Shown here: positions 1 through 35,049 of the stretch, one piece after another
Numbering within the stretch: position 1 is the stretch's first letter
Layout of the letters: each line of letters starts with the position of its first letter
Source: Amoebidium appalachense
Lineage: Eukaryota > Protista > Ichthyosporea
Direction: 5' to 3'
Assembly (NCBI GenBank): GCA_963693365.1
Contig: CAVNZM010000012.1
Location: forward strand, 5,406,889 to 5,470,888
DNA: 64,000 nt
Translations under genes and position numbers: made by a program
Notes under the pieces: model-generated
What the model saw: the letters and a program-made list of their open reading frames with translations, nothing else
Database searches by the model: none
What the model was told of the DNA's origin: nothing

Positions 1-1
1 A

Positions 2-328
2 CCGGCCCGACCCGATTCGTTTATGGTCCCGACGCAGGCCCAACAGGTTGCGCAAGGGGAGCGGGGGCAAATGGATGACTTTGAAAGGTGGCTAGGCACG
101 CACAAAGTACAAAAGGGTCAGGTGGGAGAGCCGGCAGCAGGGGTTGGGGAGGTGAACGGGTGGGCGGTAGAGAGGGAGGATAGTGCGTCGGATAATCCGG
201 TGGGCACGACGGATTTCAGACGGACAAAGAGTGCCGTGACTGGGTCGCACAATGCAAGGGTCATGCTTGCCATGCAGGCGGCTGTTAGAAACTACTCGAA
301 GCAGTTGCCTGATAATACAGGTAACTGA
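2..328 (+). CDS. Possible C-terminal end of a gene entering from the left edge; unknown product
   Basis: Frame 2 is open from base 2 to TGA at 326-328 (...MDDFERWLGTHKVQKG...NYSKQLPDNTGN*). Non-repetitive sequence, no recognisable domain. Confidence 0.3.
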   Translation, partial: PARPDSFMVPTQAQQVAQGERGQMDDFERWLGTHKVQKGQVGEPAAGVGEVNGWAVEREDSASDNPVGTTDFRRTKSAVTGSHNARVMLAMQAAVRNYSKQLPDNTGN

Positions 329-1952
329 TTATAGTAGTTTAGGGTGAGGTGAATGCAGAATGTGGGGGGGGAAACACGCAGCGGCCGCTGCACAGAAACA
401 GTTTTTTGCAGTTGTAATTGGCAGTTGGAATCGAACCGGTTTTTCGATTTCCACCAATCGTAATCATATGTGATTGTGCTGATATGGTATTATTAGATTA
501 CCGGATATGTCCATGGCATGAATCTAGAATATTGTAACAAATGATATTGATTTCCTATCATCCAACAACTGGTTCGATGGATAGCAGAGGGTCTGTAACA
601 GTGAGATAAGGGCATTGATACCCTCGAGCGCAATGATTTATATTTATAAATATTTAGTAAAGAGTGGCCCAGTGTTGTAGCTACTGTAAATCCTACCAGT
701 GTCTTCTTGGGCACTGGGGGTCTCGGTGTGGTGACCCAAGGTATTTAATAAATATATACTGCACCTCAGCTGGCAGCTGTGAGGTAGCTACTTATAGGTT
801 TGATAACGTGATGATTTTCATTTTATGTATTGGGCGCACAAACAATGATCGATGCGTTGCTAAAAATAGCATCATGTGGTGCAGGGGCCCCTTTTGCTGT
901 TACGTAATCAGTTTTATACCTATGATCGAGCAATGATCGACTGTCCAAACACAACGGCAACACAGGAATAAACTGCATTTGTAAAAAATCGGTGACTACT
1001 TTGAGTAGCTGTGCAATTATTAAAATTATCATATCTGTATGGCATGATATTCCTGGTAACTAAGTCACATATTGTTATACAGCACAACACATCCGATCAG
1101 GCTAGGGGGCCCATGGAGCACATACAAAGATATATCTCAGCAGAGGCTGTGCACACAGGGGAGAGAGAGAGGCCCTCGGAGAACGGGGGGAGGGGGGGGG
1201 GGGGGGGGGGGGGGGGAGGGGAGGGGGGCGGGGGGGCACGAGGAAGAGAGAAGCACACAGAGAGAAGGCACGAAGGGAGAGAGAGAGAGATGCAGTCACA
1301 ATTGAGAAGTGAACACATGTAAGCAGACAAACAGAATCAAGTAAAAATTGTAAACTTCAAAGCTCTTGCAATTCTAGCACACGGACTTACGTACTCCAAC
1401 ATGATTGCAGTACACACACGTGCACACACACATATATACTAAGTTCATGGGCCTTTTGCGCAGAGCCAGTGACTGTGCCCGTGCCGCCGCATGATATCAA
1501 ACAACAGCAACCGAGTCCTCATCTTCGGAATCTGAGAACGGTTATACGATATTAGTAGTGGTACGCGATCATTTATTTCCAATGTATTAACCAGGGCAGG
1601 TTGCCACTTAACTTTTTAATTAGCTATGTAAAGATGCTTGATACATGCCGTTGCAACTGGGAGCCCGGGCGGTTGCAATTGATTCCCAAAGCAGGCCAGC
1701 ATTGTTTATGTACATGTGCCACAAGGCAAACCCGGATTCGGAAATTGACCTGGCTGACAGTTCTCGGCAGGAAGTTCTTTCGAGACAAGCCAGCTCAATA
1801 AGGTACATATATTGGAATAGCAATAACCTTTACCATGTATCCAATATACGCACAAAATATAATACTACATTAATGCACAGTGACTTTCCACCAGCTCTTT
1901 TCACCTGGGTCATTTCAGGAAAACGGTAAGAGTAGTGGGTTAACGCTCATGA

Positions 1953-2013
<61 letters not shown>

Positions 2014-2190
2014 CGGACCCCCGGGCAGGTTTAATTGGGGATGAAGAGGAAATGAAAAAGGATTCCCCCTCCCCCCCCGCAGCCTCTTCCAGGCCTCCAA
2101 ATCACGAGGCTCTCAGGGACTTTTACTTATCGTTTCGTTTTTTATGGGCCTTGAGCCACTCACCCTCCCATCCCGCCCGGCCCCCCCCCC

Positions 2191-2226
<36 letters not shown>

Positions 2227-2311
2227 CTCCCTCCCTTCCCCGTTCTAATCATGTAGGACGTGCAAAGGAGGCCGTGTACATGATTATGTGTATCATATAA
2301 AGTACCTCCCC

Positions 2312-2342
<31 letters not shown>

Positions 2343-2640
2343 ACCCTCCCCCCACTCCCCCTCCCCCCTCCCCACCGTGACCCATGCAATAATTTAGAAG
2401 CTTCCTCCCTCCACCTCTAACCCCCTCCCCCCTCCCTCCCCTCCCCCCCCACACACACACATACACCCACCAGCACCAGGTCCCCAGGGCCTTAAGCTCC
2501 CTCGGGTGCAATCTTTCGTTTTTCAGCAGGGCCCTCCCCCCCTCCCCCTTCCCTTTCCCCCTGTGTCCCACCACCATCCATTTGCAAATACTCCCCCCCC
2601 CCCCCCCCCCTCACTCCCCTTCCTCCCCCCTACCCCCTCC

Positions 2641-2671
<31 letters not shown>

Positions 2672-3248
2672 AAAAAAAAAAAAAAGGCAAGAAAGAACAG
2701 AATAAGAACTTTGAAAGATTTTGTGCCCTCAAAGGCTTTCTCTTCAACTTAACCCCCAGCCTCCTTCACCCCCTCCCCATGACTCACCCATTCACCCGGC
2801 CCATTCGCAATCCGCACCCCATCCCTCCCCCGTCCCTGCAACTTGTGTTAACGTCCCTCCCTCCTCCCTCCCTCCCCCCACTCCCCCCTTTTCCCCCCTC
2901 CTGGTTCCAAAACCCATTTGGGTGGCCCTGCAATTGTTCAACTTGCCCTAAACTGTGACCCCTCCCCCCTGTCCCTCCCCCCCCCCCCCCCCCCCCCCCC
3001 CCCGCCGCATCCACACAAAATGCTCATCCACTCACATACCATGAATACATATTACCACCTCCCTCCCTCCATTCTCCCCCCAACGATACTCCCAGCCCGG
3101 GGTCACTGATAAGCCATTCCTTATACTAGTGGCATGTTTTATTGTTCAGCTTGCCCCGTGCACCCCGCCACCCACCAAACACACACACATCCCCCCCCCC
3201 CCCCCCCTTCCCTCCCTCCCTCGCCAACCCACTGCCTAGCATTGCCAC

Positions 3249-3323
<75 letters not shown>

Positions 3324-3558
3324 TTTCCAGCCCCCCCTCCTTTCTTCGAACTCCCTTATTTCATATTTCAGTTTCTTAGCCTCCCTCAATCCAGGGCCTA
3401 AACCCCCCCCCCCCCCCCTCCCCTCACACGGGCACTCTCTCTCTCTCTCTCTCTCTCTGTCTGTCTGTCTCTCTCCTCCTCCCCCTCTCCCCCCCGGTCC
3501 CTCCTCACTGACCCACTACCCCCCTCCCTCCCACCCCAGCAGAACACACACACACGCG

Positions 3559-3624
<66 letters not shown>

Positions 3625-3686
3625 TCTCCAAACACCCTTATTCAAATTCCGTTTATCAGCCCCCCCCCCCCCCCCCCCCCACCCCA

Positions 3687-3721
<35 letters not shown>

Positions 3722-3749
3722 AGCATATTGCACACATACGCACTCTGTC

Positions 3750-3786
<37 letters not shown>

Positions 3787-3851
3787 GAGACTCTCTGAAA
3801 CACGAACCCACACATGTACACACACACGTGGCATACACACACACACACCGT

Positions 3852-3905
<54 letters not shown>

Positions 3906-3917
3906 AACACACACACG

Positions 3918-3959
<42 letters not shown>

Positions 3960-4012
3960 GGTACCTGTGGCACACCGTCACACACTACGGCCCCCCCCCC
4001 CCCCCCCGGCCC

Positions 4013-4043
<31 letters not shown>

Positions 4044-4793
4044 AAAAAAAAAAAAAAAAGAAAAAAAGAAAAAAAAAAACTCTCACCCCAACCCGACACA
4101 ACCGGACGCGGGGGTGAGCTGATTGTCAGCTTCAAAACAATGCTGGTGCCCTGCCACTGTTATGCTTTACTCCGTGTGCTTCGTATTCAGTACACCAAAT
4201 TAAAAGGCTGGAGCTGGCTGGCAAGCAGCGCGCAAAGCATTCTCGTACAAGTGTGTCACATGTAAAGAGTAGCACCGTTGGCAAGTTGATGGGCAATAGC
4301 TTTATTATACAACGTTATGGAGTAAGTACCTCGTATGATTGGTCTGAGTCACTGACTTTGAGTGGCAAACCACACAGCTGGCACCCGCTCGAAACTACAA
4401 CTGAGCTCTCATAATCGAAACTGGCCAGCCCCTCTGCGCTTGCCATATGTGGCTGGGCTTCATTTTCTGTCAGCGCCAAGGAACAGAAATATGCCAGGCA
4501 AGCACATTGCTGTGGTACTGAGGATAGTTGCGCTATAGTGTTTACAGAGCGAAAGAACAACAAACATTTTGCGGGATGCAAAGGAAATGCGGGCGGACTC
4601 CAGCCCTCGATCGATTTAAATTCGTTGCCCGCATGATTGCATCCTGGCGACATCGGCAGATAAAAATAGATTTTTGCGGGAGAACCCAGAAAAGTGTGTA
4701 AACAAACCCCTATGTACCCACAGGCTTACGGTAAGTGGCCGGGCACTACCGTAGCAGTACGCCATGACGTCTCCGGTTGGGTCTATGAATTCC

Positions 4794-4904
4794 TGTTGGG
4801 CAATCGGAACGCTTAGTTATCTTGTAAGTCCAATAGGAATGCTCTATTTTCTGTTGGGCAATAGGAACGGTTCCCTAAATTGTTGTTGGGCAATAGCGAC
4901 GCTT
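4794..4904 (+). promoter_or_regulatory. Four phased CAAT/CCAAT-like motifs (TGTTGGGCAATAGGAACG consensus)
   Basis: Units at ~4794, 4823, 4852 and 4884 (spacing 29, 29, 32 bp), followed by TATAAA at ~4925 and CCAATC at ~4941. Confidence 0.4.
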
Positions 4905-6511
4905 CCTTAATTCCTAATAAAATATAAATGTGACTTATAACCAATCATATGCTGTAAATTTAAATTTTGTTTGCGCAATCGGACACTTTGTCTAGTGACT
5001 GTCGCCTCAGATACCCTTACTTGTGCCATGACTAGGAGAACCCATTGAATTGTTTGTACGCCCAAAGTTTAGTGTTGTGAAACTGGCCCATGGAATAAGT
5101 GAGTCAGGACAGTGGATCCAAACAAGACCAATGCACCCCTTACTTGTGCCATTATCCAAACGACTTGACCGTATACGTACGCGTAAAATCTTGGCTCGCT
5201 CGTTGTGCACTCGCGTGGCCATGCATGCACTCGCGTGGCCATGCATATGGCCATATAGTGACTTGAGTACTCTTGAACGTGTCTCAGATCCGATGACAGC
5301 ACAAGAACATGTATATTATCCTTATTGAATGCTCCCCCTCCCCCCCCACCCCCGGCCCAAGTCCCCACACGCCCACACGCCCACACGCCCTGTCACCTAC
5401 TGAGGTGACTCGTATTTTTCCTTACACACACAGCGAACACTGGACTCTCGGGACCGTAGAGCCGCCGCGAGAGAAAGCATGCACGCGGTCGCGAGAGTTT
5501 AAGGAAAAATAGACATATTCCTTTTTTTTTTTTGTGATGCATGTGAGCAGCAATCCTTGATCACAACCGAACACTGCATCGGCTGGTTGATATAGAGTCG
5601 AGTGGCACAGGTTGGACTCCCGGGTCCATATACATATGAATGCTATGCTTCTGCCGAGCCTTGCTAATAAGAAGATTCGATGTTTTGATGGTTCCGATGC
5701 CATTAATATCGGAGTCACCCATCCCATCATGCTTCAGAAACGAGACTCACGTGCTGTTCACATCACCCCGGCCCAGTTCACTTTATCATCACTGATCATG
5801 AGTGATCGATCAGTTCAGTTGCATGTCCCCATTACACAAGTTTGACGTGAAGTGGTTGCTGTCAGGGTCAGTGGGTCAACATCACTGCATAGTGCCATCG
5901 TCATGATGCAACTACTTCGGCGCTGAGTATGCAGAGTTTCTCGGACGTGTATGTATACACGCCAGTGTGAATGTAGTGCAAATGTCACATGTTGGGCCAA
6001 ACCGAATACACATGTGGCCCATGTCCATTACGACGCCGCCCAAGCCGTGGCAATGGTCTCACGGCAATCATCACCGACCGCGAACAGAATGGGCGTCAAC
6101 GAAACGTTTGAGGTCCAAAAAATAGTTGATGGACAATTTTATTATAATCCTCGAGTCTACCGCAGCCAAATTCATTCTATTCTTATTCGTACAGAGTCCA
6201 TTACCGCCAGCGTTAAAAATAAATAGCCCAGGGGCCCACAACACATAGAAGAGCAACCTATGGCATTGTCATGCAGGGAGTGGCCAGCACTCGGTGCACT
6301 CATATATATATATATCATCATTCAGTTCGAGCTCAGAAACACATTCAACCATTAACAACAAATTACGATGAATCAATTCGCAACTTACATAATAAGGTGT
6401 TTAGCATCATAATTGGAGTTCGCAGCAAAACCATTATTCATACATATTCGTAAAAAACAATCAATATAAATAATCACATGTTTGTATTTGTTAACACACA
6501 AACAAGTTCCA

Positions 6512-7696
6512 CTACCACGGTCTCCAGGGGCCGCTCTCCTTTCTCTCACCCACTGCAACGGGTGGAGGTGCAAACTGAGGTGCCTCGACGCGAGGGGCAG
6601 CCGGGTACTCACAACGTGCCGACAGGGGCTTTGGTGTGTGGTAGTAGGGTGCATAGCGCACATGCTGGTATCCCGCCACTTGTGGCTCAGGCCTCGGGTT
6701 GAACAGCCCGGCAGCAGCCTTAAAAAACTGGTGCTGGTTTGGGTGGGCGGCATACACATCCTGGCCCTGCTTGGGGGACGGGCCAAGGGGAGCAATGTAC
6801 GCTGGCTGCTGCGGGGCATTTTGTTGGGGCGGAGCGTTGCCGTTCTCCTGACGGTCAAGCATCTCCGCGGCCGCAATAAGAGACCACATGCCCGTGCTGT
6901 GTTCCTCGTGCCGACTCACTTGGTGGTATTCAGAGGAAGGCACAGTAGGAGACATACCAACGGGCTCCGGTGGGCAGGGGACAAAGGCGGGCGGGGACAC
7001 TTTGCCGTGCACGTAGGGGGGTGGTGTGGGTGACTGCTTCAGGTCTGGCGAGTTTGTGCGGGGAGAGAGAGTGGCCGTGGGCGATAGCATATAGCCGACG
7101 ACCGTGGGAGCCACGTCCGTGAGGATTGCTGGGCACACAGGTCGGCTTACGAGGTGGGGTTGGCGAAGGGCTGGGCATAGGCGGCGCTTGTGCACGCCCC
7201 AGTGCAGGTCAAGCTCCTGCTGCAGCGCGAGAAAATCACGCGTAACCCCTGGCCCACCAAGGTCCGCAACAACAACCTTGGCACCCGTGGCATCTTCAAA
7301 CAGAAACTCGTAACCAGAATACTCGCAAAACAACGACTCCCGGTTGATGTAAATGTATGCAAATAGAGCAATGGTGTCTACGCGCTTGGGCTTCCACAGC
7401 TCCATTGTTTCGTTTGTGCCTGGGTGCTTAATGGTAACCGTCATACGACCCCAAGCGAAAATAGAACTCAACGTAAACACATCTCTGTTCATAATCAACC
7501 TCTTAACAACAGCATGAAGTCGAGCAGGCCAGTTTTCAACCTGCTCGATAGTCGTGTGGAATGGCTTACGTGCCATTCTTAGTTTCTTCTCTGAGCTCGA
7601 AACAGGACTACTCTTCACGTCTTTTTTGGTAGAATTTTCTATTCTTCTATTACCTTGGGCGGCTAGAAATACCTTAGCGCTCCCTCCTTTCTCCAT
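6512..7696 (-). CDS. Intronless 394-aa putative transcriptional repressor with C-terminal WRPW and a Sin3-interaction-like helix
   Basis: Long clean ORF, first ATG at 7696 (MEKGG...). Basic N-terminus, ~130-aa globular-looking segment, Pro/Ser/Gln-rich C-half, GMWSLIAAAEMLDR, ending ...GPWRPW*. TATA-like element near 7930 and several CCAAT boxes upstream. Confidence 0.75.
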   Translation of the reverse strand: MEKGGSAKVFLAAQGNRRIENSTKKDVKSSPVSSSEKKLRMARKPFHTTIEQVENWPARLHAVVKRLIMNRDVFTLSSIFAWGRMTVTIKHPGTNETMELWKPKRVDTIALFAYIYINRESLFCEYSGYEFLFEDATGAKVVVADLGGPGVTRDFLALQQELDLHWGVHKRRLCPALRQPHLVSRPVCPAILTDVAPTVVGYMLSPTATLSPRTNSPDLKQSPTPPPYVHGKVSPPAFVPCPPEPVGMSPTVPSSEYHQVSRHEEHSTGMWSLIAAAEMLDRQENGNAPPQQNAPQQPAYIAPLGPSPKQGQDVYAAHPNQHQFFKAAAGLFNPRPEPQVAGYQHVRYAPYYHTPKPLSARCEYPAAPRVEAPQFAPPPVAVGERKESGPWRPW

Positions 7697-9466
7697 GGCT
7701 ACACTAACATTGAAAAAAATCCAAACAGGAAAGACACCGTCCAAGCACTGTGGACGCGGTGGATGTGCAAAGTGCCGTTCGAAGGCGGCCGGCAGGCACT
7801 TTGTAGAAAGCAGCCGGCTTACGAAATCTGGGGGGGTCCAATCGGAAATCGTGGACGCAATTATATGGGTATGGATCAAAGGCACAAGAGGTTCCCAGAT
7901 CCAGCTGGCGCGTGGAAGAGTCTCGTACTATATAAATTGCATGCATTATGACGTCCCTTATTTGCTGTTATTGACCCAAAATAATATCTGCCCACTGTAG
8001 GCCTGGCCCAGTTTTTGGGTTAAGAATTTCTACAATATAAAATAGGTGAATCCACCGAACATCGTTGAGCAAGGTCATTGCCGAGGGCCGGGGGTGATTG
8101 CGTTCGCTGTAAATTTGCTAGGGTAAAGAGAATTTACCTTTGACTGCGCGCTCGATGATGATTGGTTCACCACTTATCGTCGAGCGATCAGCATGAGAGC
8201 GCGGTAAAAAATATGCGCGGAAGCAATCAAGCTGTTTGCAAACTCAGTCAACAGCAAATGGTAGATATTGGCTCAGCTAGCATGGCATGAGAATCCAATG
8301 GAGTAAGTCAATTTTTCTTCATTTATTTCCTATGCAGACATGGTAGTCTACCTTGCCCTTTTAATTTTAGGTATATCGTAAGGCATGGTCCAATGGACGC
8401 TGGCTGCGAAAGAGACCATCACGTTTTGGCGGTAAGAATGATTGGATGACCCACACTAACCCAATCAGCTCGAAGGCCTTCATTATCAGAAATAAGGGGT
8501 GTGGGCAATATTTTTGGAAATACTCTTTACTAGATCATAATATTCATGTTATCTACAAACCAACCAGAAATGTATAGCTAGATAAAAATGATATTAAACA
8601 TGAAGAATCTATAGTACTGAAAATATTTTATAATATTTGAATAGTTTTCCCACTTATTCGATGTGACACTAATAGTGGAAACAGCTTGCTGCACAGCGAG
8701 CAATATATCAACTTCGTCCTAAACAACGTTGTCAAGTTCAGGATATATATGCGTTCACTCCTTTCATGTGATTTTCGATTGCTCAAAAATCCATTGGCTA
8801 CGCATCCCAAATATGGAAGCACTCAAAATATCGGTGATACAAATGCATGATAAAGGATCACTGTGTAGCAATGGGGAAATTCCTAATCTTTTTGATAAAA
8901 TTGTAAAATGCAGATACCTTGGAATTGCGCCAAAAAATTGTTAAAAAATACATTAAGAGTTTTCTAAGGTATACGCATCAGCTTTATATGAAAGCCCTTC
9001 AACTCTGTGGTTTGACAACTTGCCTGACTGCGATCATCGCCTGTGTTATGATTGTAGAAGACCAATCAGTATCTTTATAGCAGGAGGAAATTGTTGCCAA
9101 ACGGCCTACGCAGCCGTGGGTGCGGCGTGGCCCGCCTGTCGTCAGCCTCCACAACCACAAGTATCACATATGGATAGGATATATATAACGCTAGCTCATA
9201 AGCATTTCCCTGATTACAGTAATAATTTTACTTGTAGTAAGAAATTAAGAGTATGAAGAGGCCATTTATTGGCCCAGGCAGGCTCCCTCGGAGTCCCAGC
9301 ATGTGAAGTCGATTCAAATTCCTTCTGAAGTTGTAGCCAATCGGAGATGGAGACGGCTCTTGGTATGCAGCCAATTGATCAGTGAGCAAAATGCTAAAAA
9401 GCATTTAGCATCAAAACATTCATGATTGGCTCGCTTAGGTTGAATAGATTCCATAACCTTCTGAGC

Positions 9467-9552
9467 CAAGCCTTTTGCTCACCCCACAGTCGGCCGGTCC
9501 GGTCCGGTCTGCCATAATGGCGGTCCGGTCCCGGTCCGAATTCTGTCCTTTT

Positions 9553-9603
<51 letters not shown>

Positions 9604-10449
9604 TTCCCCCCCCCCGGCTCGGGCCCCTCCCAGCCCCCCCCCCCCCCCCCCCCGCACCTTCTCCCCCCCCGTCCGACCCTCCCACGGCCCTTCATCTCTC
9701 TCTCTCTCTCCCTCACCTCACCTCTCATGAGATCATACTCCAACCCGAGCTCCCTCTGTATAACCCCCTCTCCTGGCCATGGACCCCTCCCCCCCCCTCG
9801 CCCCCTCCCTCCCGCCGGGCCCCCTCCCCCCCTCCCGTGCCCGGGCAGCTCTCCAGCTTGCCCATCCCCCCCCCCCCCCCCCCCCCTTTTCCCACCTTGC
9901 TTCCCCCCCATCCCCCCCCCCCCCCCCCCCCCCCCCTCCCCGTCGAGCTCAGTCTCCTTCCCCTACGTATACGCCTGGTGGCCGCTACCGCCAGAACGGT
10001 TAACGCTGTCTGGCACAACAACAGGGATTCTCCTCCCTTCATATCCGTTTGCAGCAAGTATGAGCATACGGACACACACTGGCCCACTCAGTTCATTACG
10101 TGGCTGAGTCTCGCCTGCTCTTTTCAGAGATCTTTCCTGCCGAGCTACATATGTTATGGGCACGGGATCTCGAGATCTGAAAGAGCATGCGTGCGTGTGT
10201 GTGGAAAGAGAGGAAAGAGAGTGGAGAAGAGAGTGTAGAGGGCGGGGAGGAGAGGGAAGAGGATAAGGAAAGTGCCGAGAGAGCCGGGTTGACACTGGGC
10301 ATAGTCATAACAAGGAAAACACAAGAAAACAACTTCCACAAAAAAAACGTGCTGAATGCACCGGTCCTCACTTTTGAGGACCGGTCCGGTCCGATCTGAA
10401 CCCAGAACCGGTCCGAACCGTCTGTCCGGTCTAGACCGGCAATGCCTTG
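9467..10449. mobile_element. Non-autonomous hAT-like DNA transposon (~983 bp)
   Basis: 8-bp direct repeat TTCTGAGC at 9459-9466 and 10450-10457. Short imperfect TIRs CAAGCCTTTTGC / GGCAATGCCTTG. Subterminal CCGGT/GGTCC repeat clusters at both ends (9491-9538, 10360-10439). No transposase ORF. Confidence 0.7.
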
Positions 10450-11374
10450 TTCTGAGCCTGGGCTGCGCCTCATGAAATCGGTGTTTGATTAGTTCAAAAT
10501 CATTCATTCTATTTGCACTGCTTTTCTTCACGTGAGATGATTGTACGTCCATGTTGATTGGCTGTGATCACTTTTAGCGCGCCATTTTCAAACTTTGGTT
10601 GTTGTGCTGCGGTGCCAGTTTGCATTGTAGTGCACTGACCAGAAAAACAGCAATAAAAGCTCTCTGAACATGGCATTTCTTTTTTCTTACCATTTTGCTG
10701 GATGTTATGTTTTTAAAGGGTACAAATAACATTAAGCCCTACCCTCACAGTTTGACGGTAATTATCGTGGGCATTAATTAACTCGACTTGTCATGCGCAT
10801 GGCTTATATACGTATACGGTGTACATGTTCCCGGGCAACTTGCATAGGACAACTTGCAACACAGGTTGGATCGGCGACACAGGTTGGATCGTTTGATCGA
10901 GCCAGTCCGTGTGGCTTCTAATATTGTTGTATTTTATTAGCGCGATGTACTTGGAGGTGTATCAAATCCCTTTGGGAAGCACTTGTGAGCGTTAACTGTT
11001 CAAAGAAAGATTCCGAGCCTTTGGTTTAAAAAGGTTCATGCGAAACTTTTGAAAGCTCATAGAATTCTAGCCTCTCTTGTTGTTTTTTTTTTTTTTTTTT
11101 TTTTTGCACATGTACAATCACTAAGGTGTGCCAGCGCATGGGGTCGAGGGAAAGGGCTTTGCTGACCAGCAGCTAATTAATGAGCAGAAAGCTAATCCTA
11201 CTTTGATCAACAGCCCCCATTCCTGTGCTTGAATTTTATTCATACATTCAGAATTACCATGTTTCTCCCCTGTTGTGTCCTGCAATGCTCATATGCCTGC
11301 ACACAAGCGCAAGTGGTTAGGCGCTGTTAACGATTGTTTGCACGTGTGCCATATGTGTGTGTGTGTGCATGTGC

Positions 11375-11413
<39 letters not shown>

Positions 11414-11615
11414 CGTGTGTGTGTGTATGGCAGGTGTGTGCTTGTCTAAGCGCTTGGCCAATAGATTTGTACAACACGACAGGAAAGTGGCACAGGCCAC
11501 ACGCATTTGTGTGACCTGCTAAGACTACCTTTCTAAATTCTTGAAACCCTCTTGCATGGTTCTTCTCCCTAAACACGTGCAATTCCGGTAGTACTTTTAA
11601 CCAACGAAAAAGCAA

Positions 11616-33678
<22,063 letters not shown>

Positions 33679-33858
33679 AACAGATCACGACACAAGCCAA
33701 TTGCTTGCAGAACATACCTACCATATTCAACTACATTCTGAAAGAGAACCAAAGCAACATTCATCACTTTTCAAAAGTATTTCCACAATGTTCTCGGAAG
33801 CTACCCCCTCACACACACACCCCTTCCCTCCCCTACCCCCTCCCTCCCCCCCCCTCCC

Positions 33859-33928
<70 letters not shown>

Positions 33929-34859
33929 AGCACCAGTACCAGCATACAGCCGCACCTTTCCCCCATTCCCACTTCTCTCACCCGTACCTTCCCCTTTATC
34001 ACTAGGGGCGGAACGAGGCGAGAGCACACACGTACACACACAGTATACACAACAACTCGACCACCACCGAAAGAGACTACTACGGCAACTGCAACTCATG
34101 GCCTCGCGTGGGAAGTATGTAGCCTTGAGAGGAAAATTTTTACACCTAAGCCAAAGATGTCGTTGTAAAACAAAAAAATGAGAGAAGTAGGGGAAGGGGG
34201 GCGGACCGTGAGGAGGGGGGGGAAGGGGGGGGGGGGGGGGGAGGAGGAGGGGGGGGGGGGGGGGGGGGGGAGGGCCACTGACCTAATAGTGCAACCAGTA
34301 CGAGACTCCGAGAGGTGGCCATGGTAGGCCACACCCCAACAGAGAAAACCCTCCTAGTGCTGCAGAAAGGTTAGCTACAAAACAAAATCCAGATGTGCTT
34401 GGCAGTTGCAAAGCAGCTGTTAATGCTTAAAGGAAACTGGGGATTGAGGGCAAAGGGAGAAATCAGCTCAGAGAATTATGCCTCGTTGAAGTCTACATGC
34501 GTTCAAGATCTAGGCTGTGTTGTACATGCAGCGCTTTAACAACCCCATACAAGAAGCTATAAAGGCGATTGCAAATATTACAACAGATGTACGAGTGTGT
34601 GTGTTCAGCCTTCTTAATATTTGGGTTTCCTTAATCTCCGGCAAAACGTTTCCTGCGTAATAAGATCACGTTCAATACTCACCTTTGTAATGTCGCCAAC
34701 CCCACACCCACAGCTTTTACGGGAACGTGTTTTTTTTTGTGCTTTTTTCTTGCCCATGCACAATATATACCAGCATAGAGCGAGTCCCAAATAGGTGCAA
34801 CCCGCCTTCAACCCATGCACATCAAACTAGTACTAGTACTGAAGTCTCTCACGCTCACA

Positions 34860-35000
34860 CCCACAAAAAAACAACCCTTCTCTTCACCGTCACAAAGCGG
34901 AACTGAGCGCACGCACTGGCTTTTATTTTGGTGAAGGTCTGATTGGTTGAGCTGTGGTGAGCTTTGAAACGAGCCAATCAAATGGGGTTGCTTATCTCCT
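34860..35000. promoter_or_regulatory. Putative bidirectional promoter between ABCG (minus) and the intronless ORF (plus)
   Basis: Oppositely oriented CCAAT boxes (GATTGG at 34941, CCAATC at 34974) between divergent coding regions. Confidence 0.4.
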
Positions 35001-35049
35001 AATCAACTACCATATCAGGCAAAAGGCTTCGAAATGCGACCGTTACCTA

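Noticed and set aside
5000-6260. Possible gene in complex sequence between the CAAT array and the WRPW gene
   Set aside because: All frames are interrupted by stops with no recognisable motifs. Only short local duplications are present (e.g. TGCACTCGCGTGGCCATGCA x2 at ~5206).
6482-7033. 183-aa plus-strand ORF and other antisense ORFs over the WRPW gene
   Set aside because: Antisense shadows of the longer minus-strand ORF.
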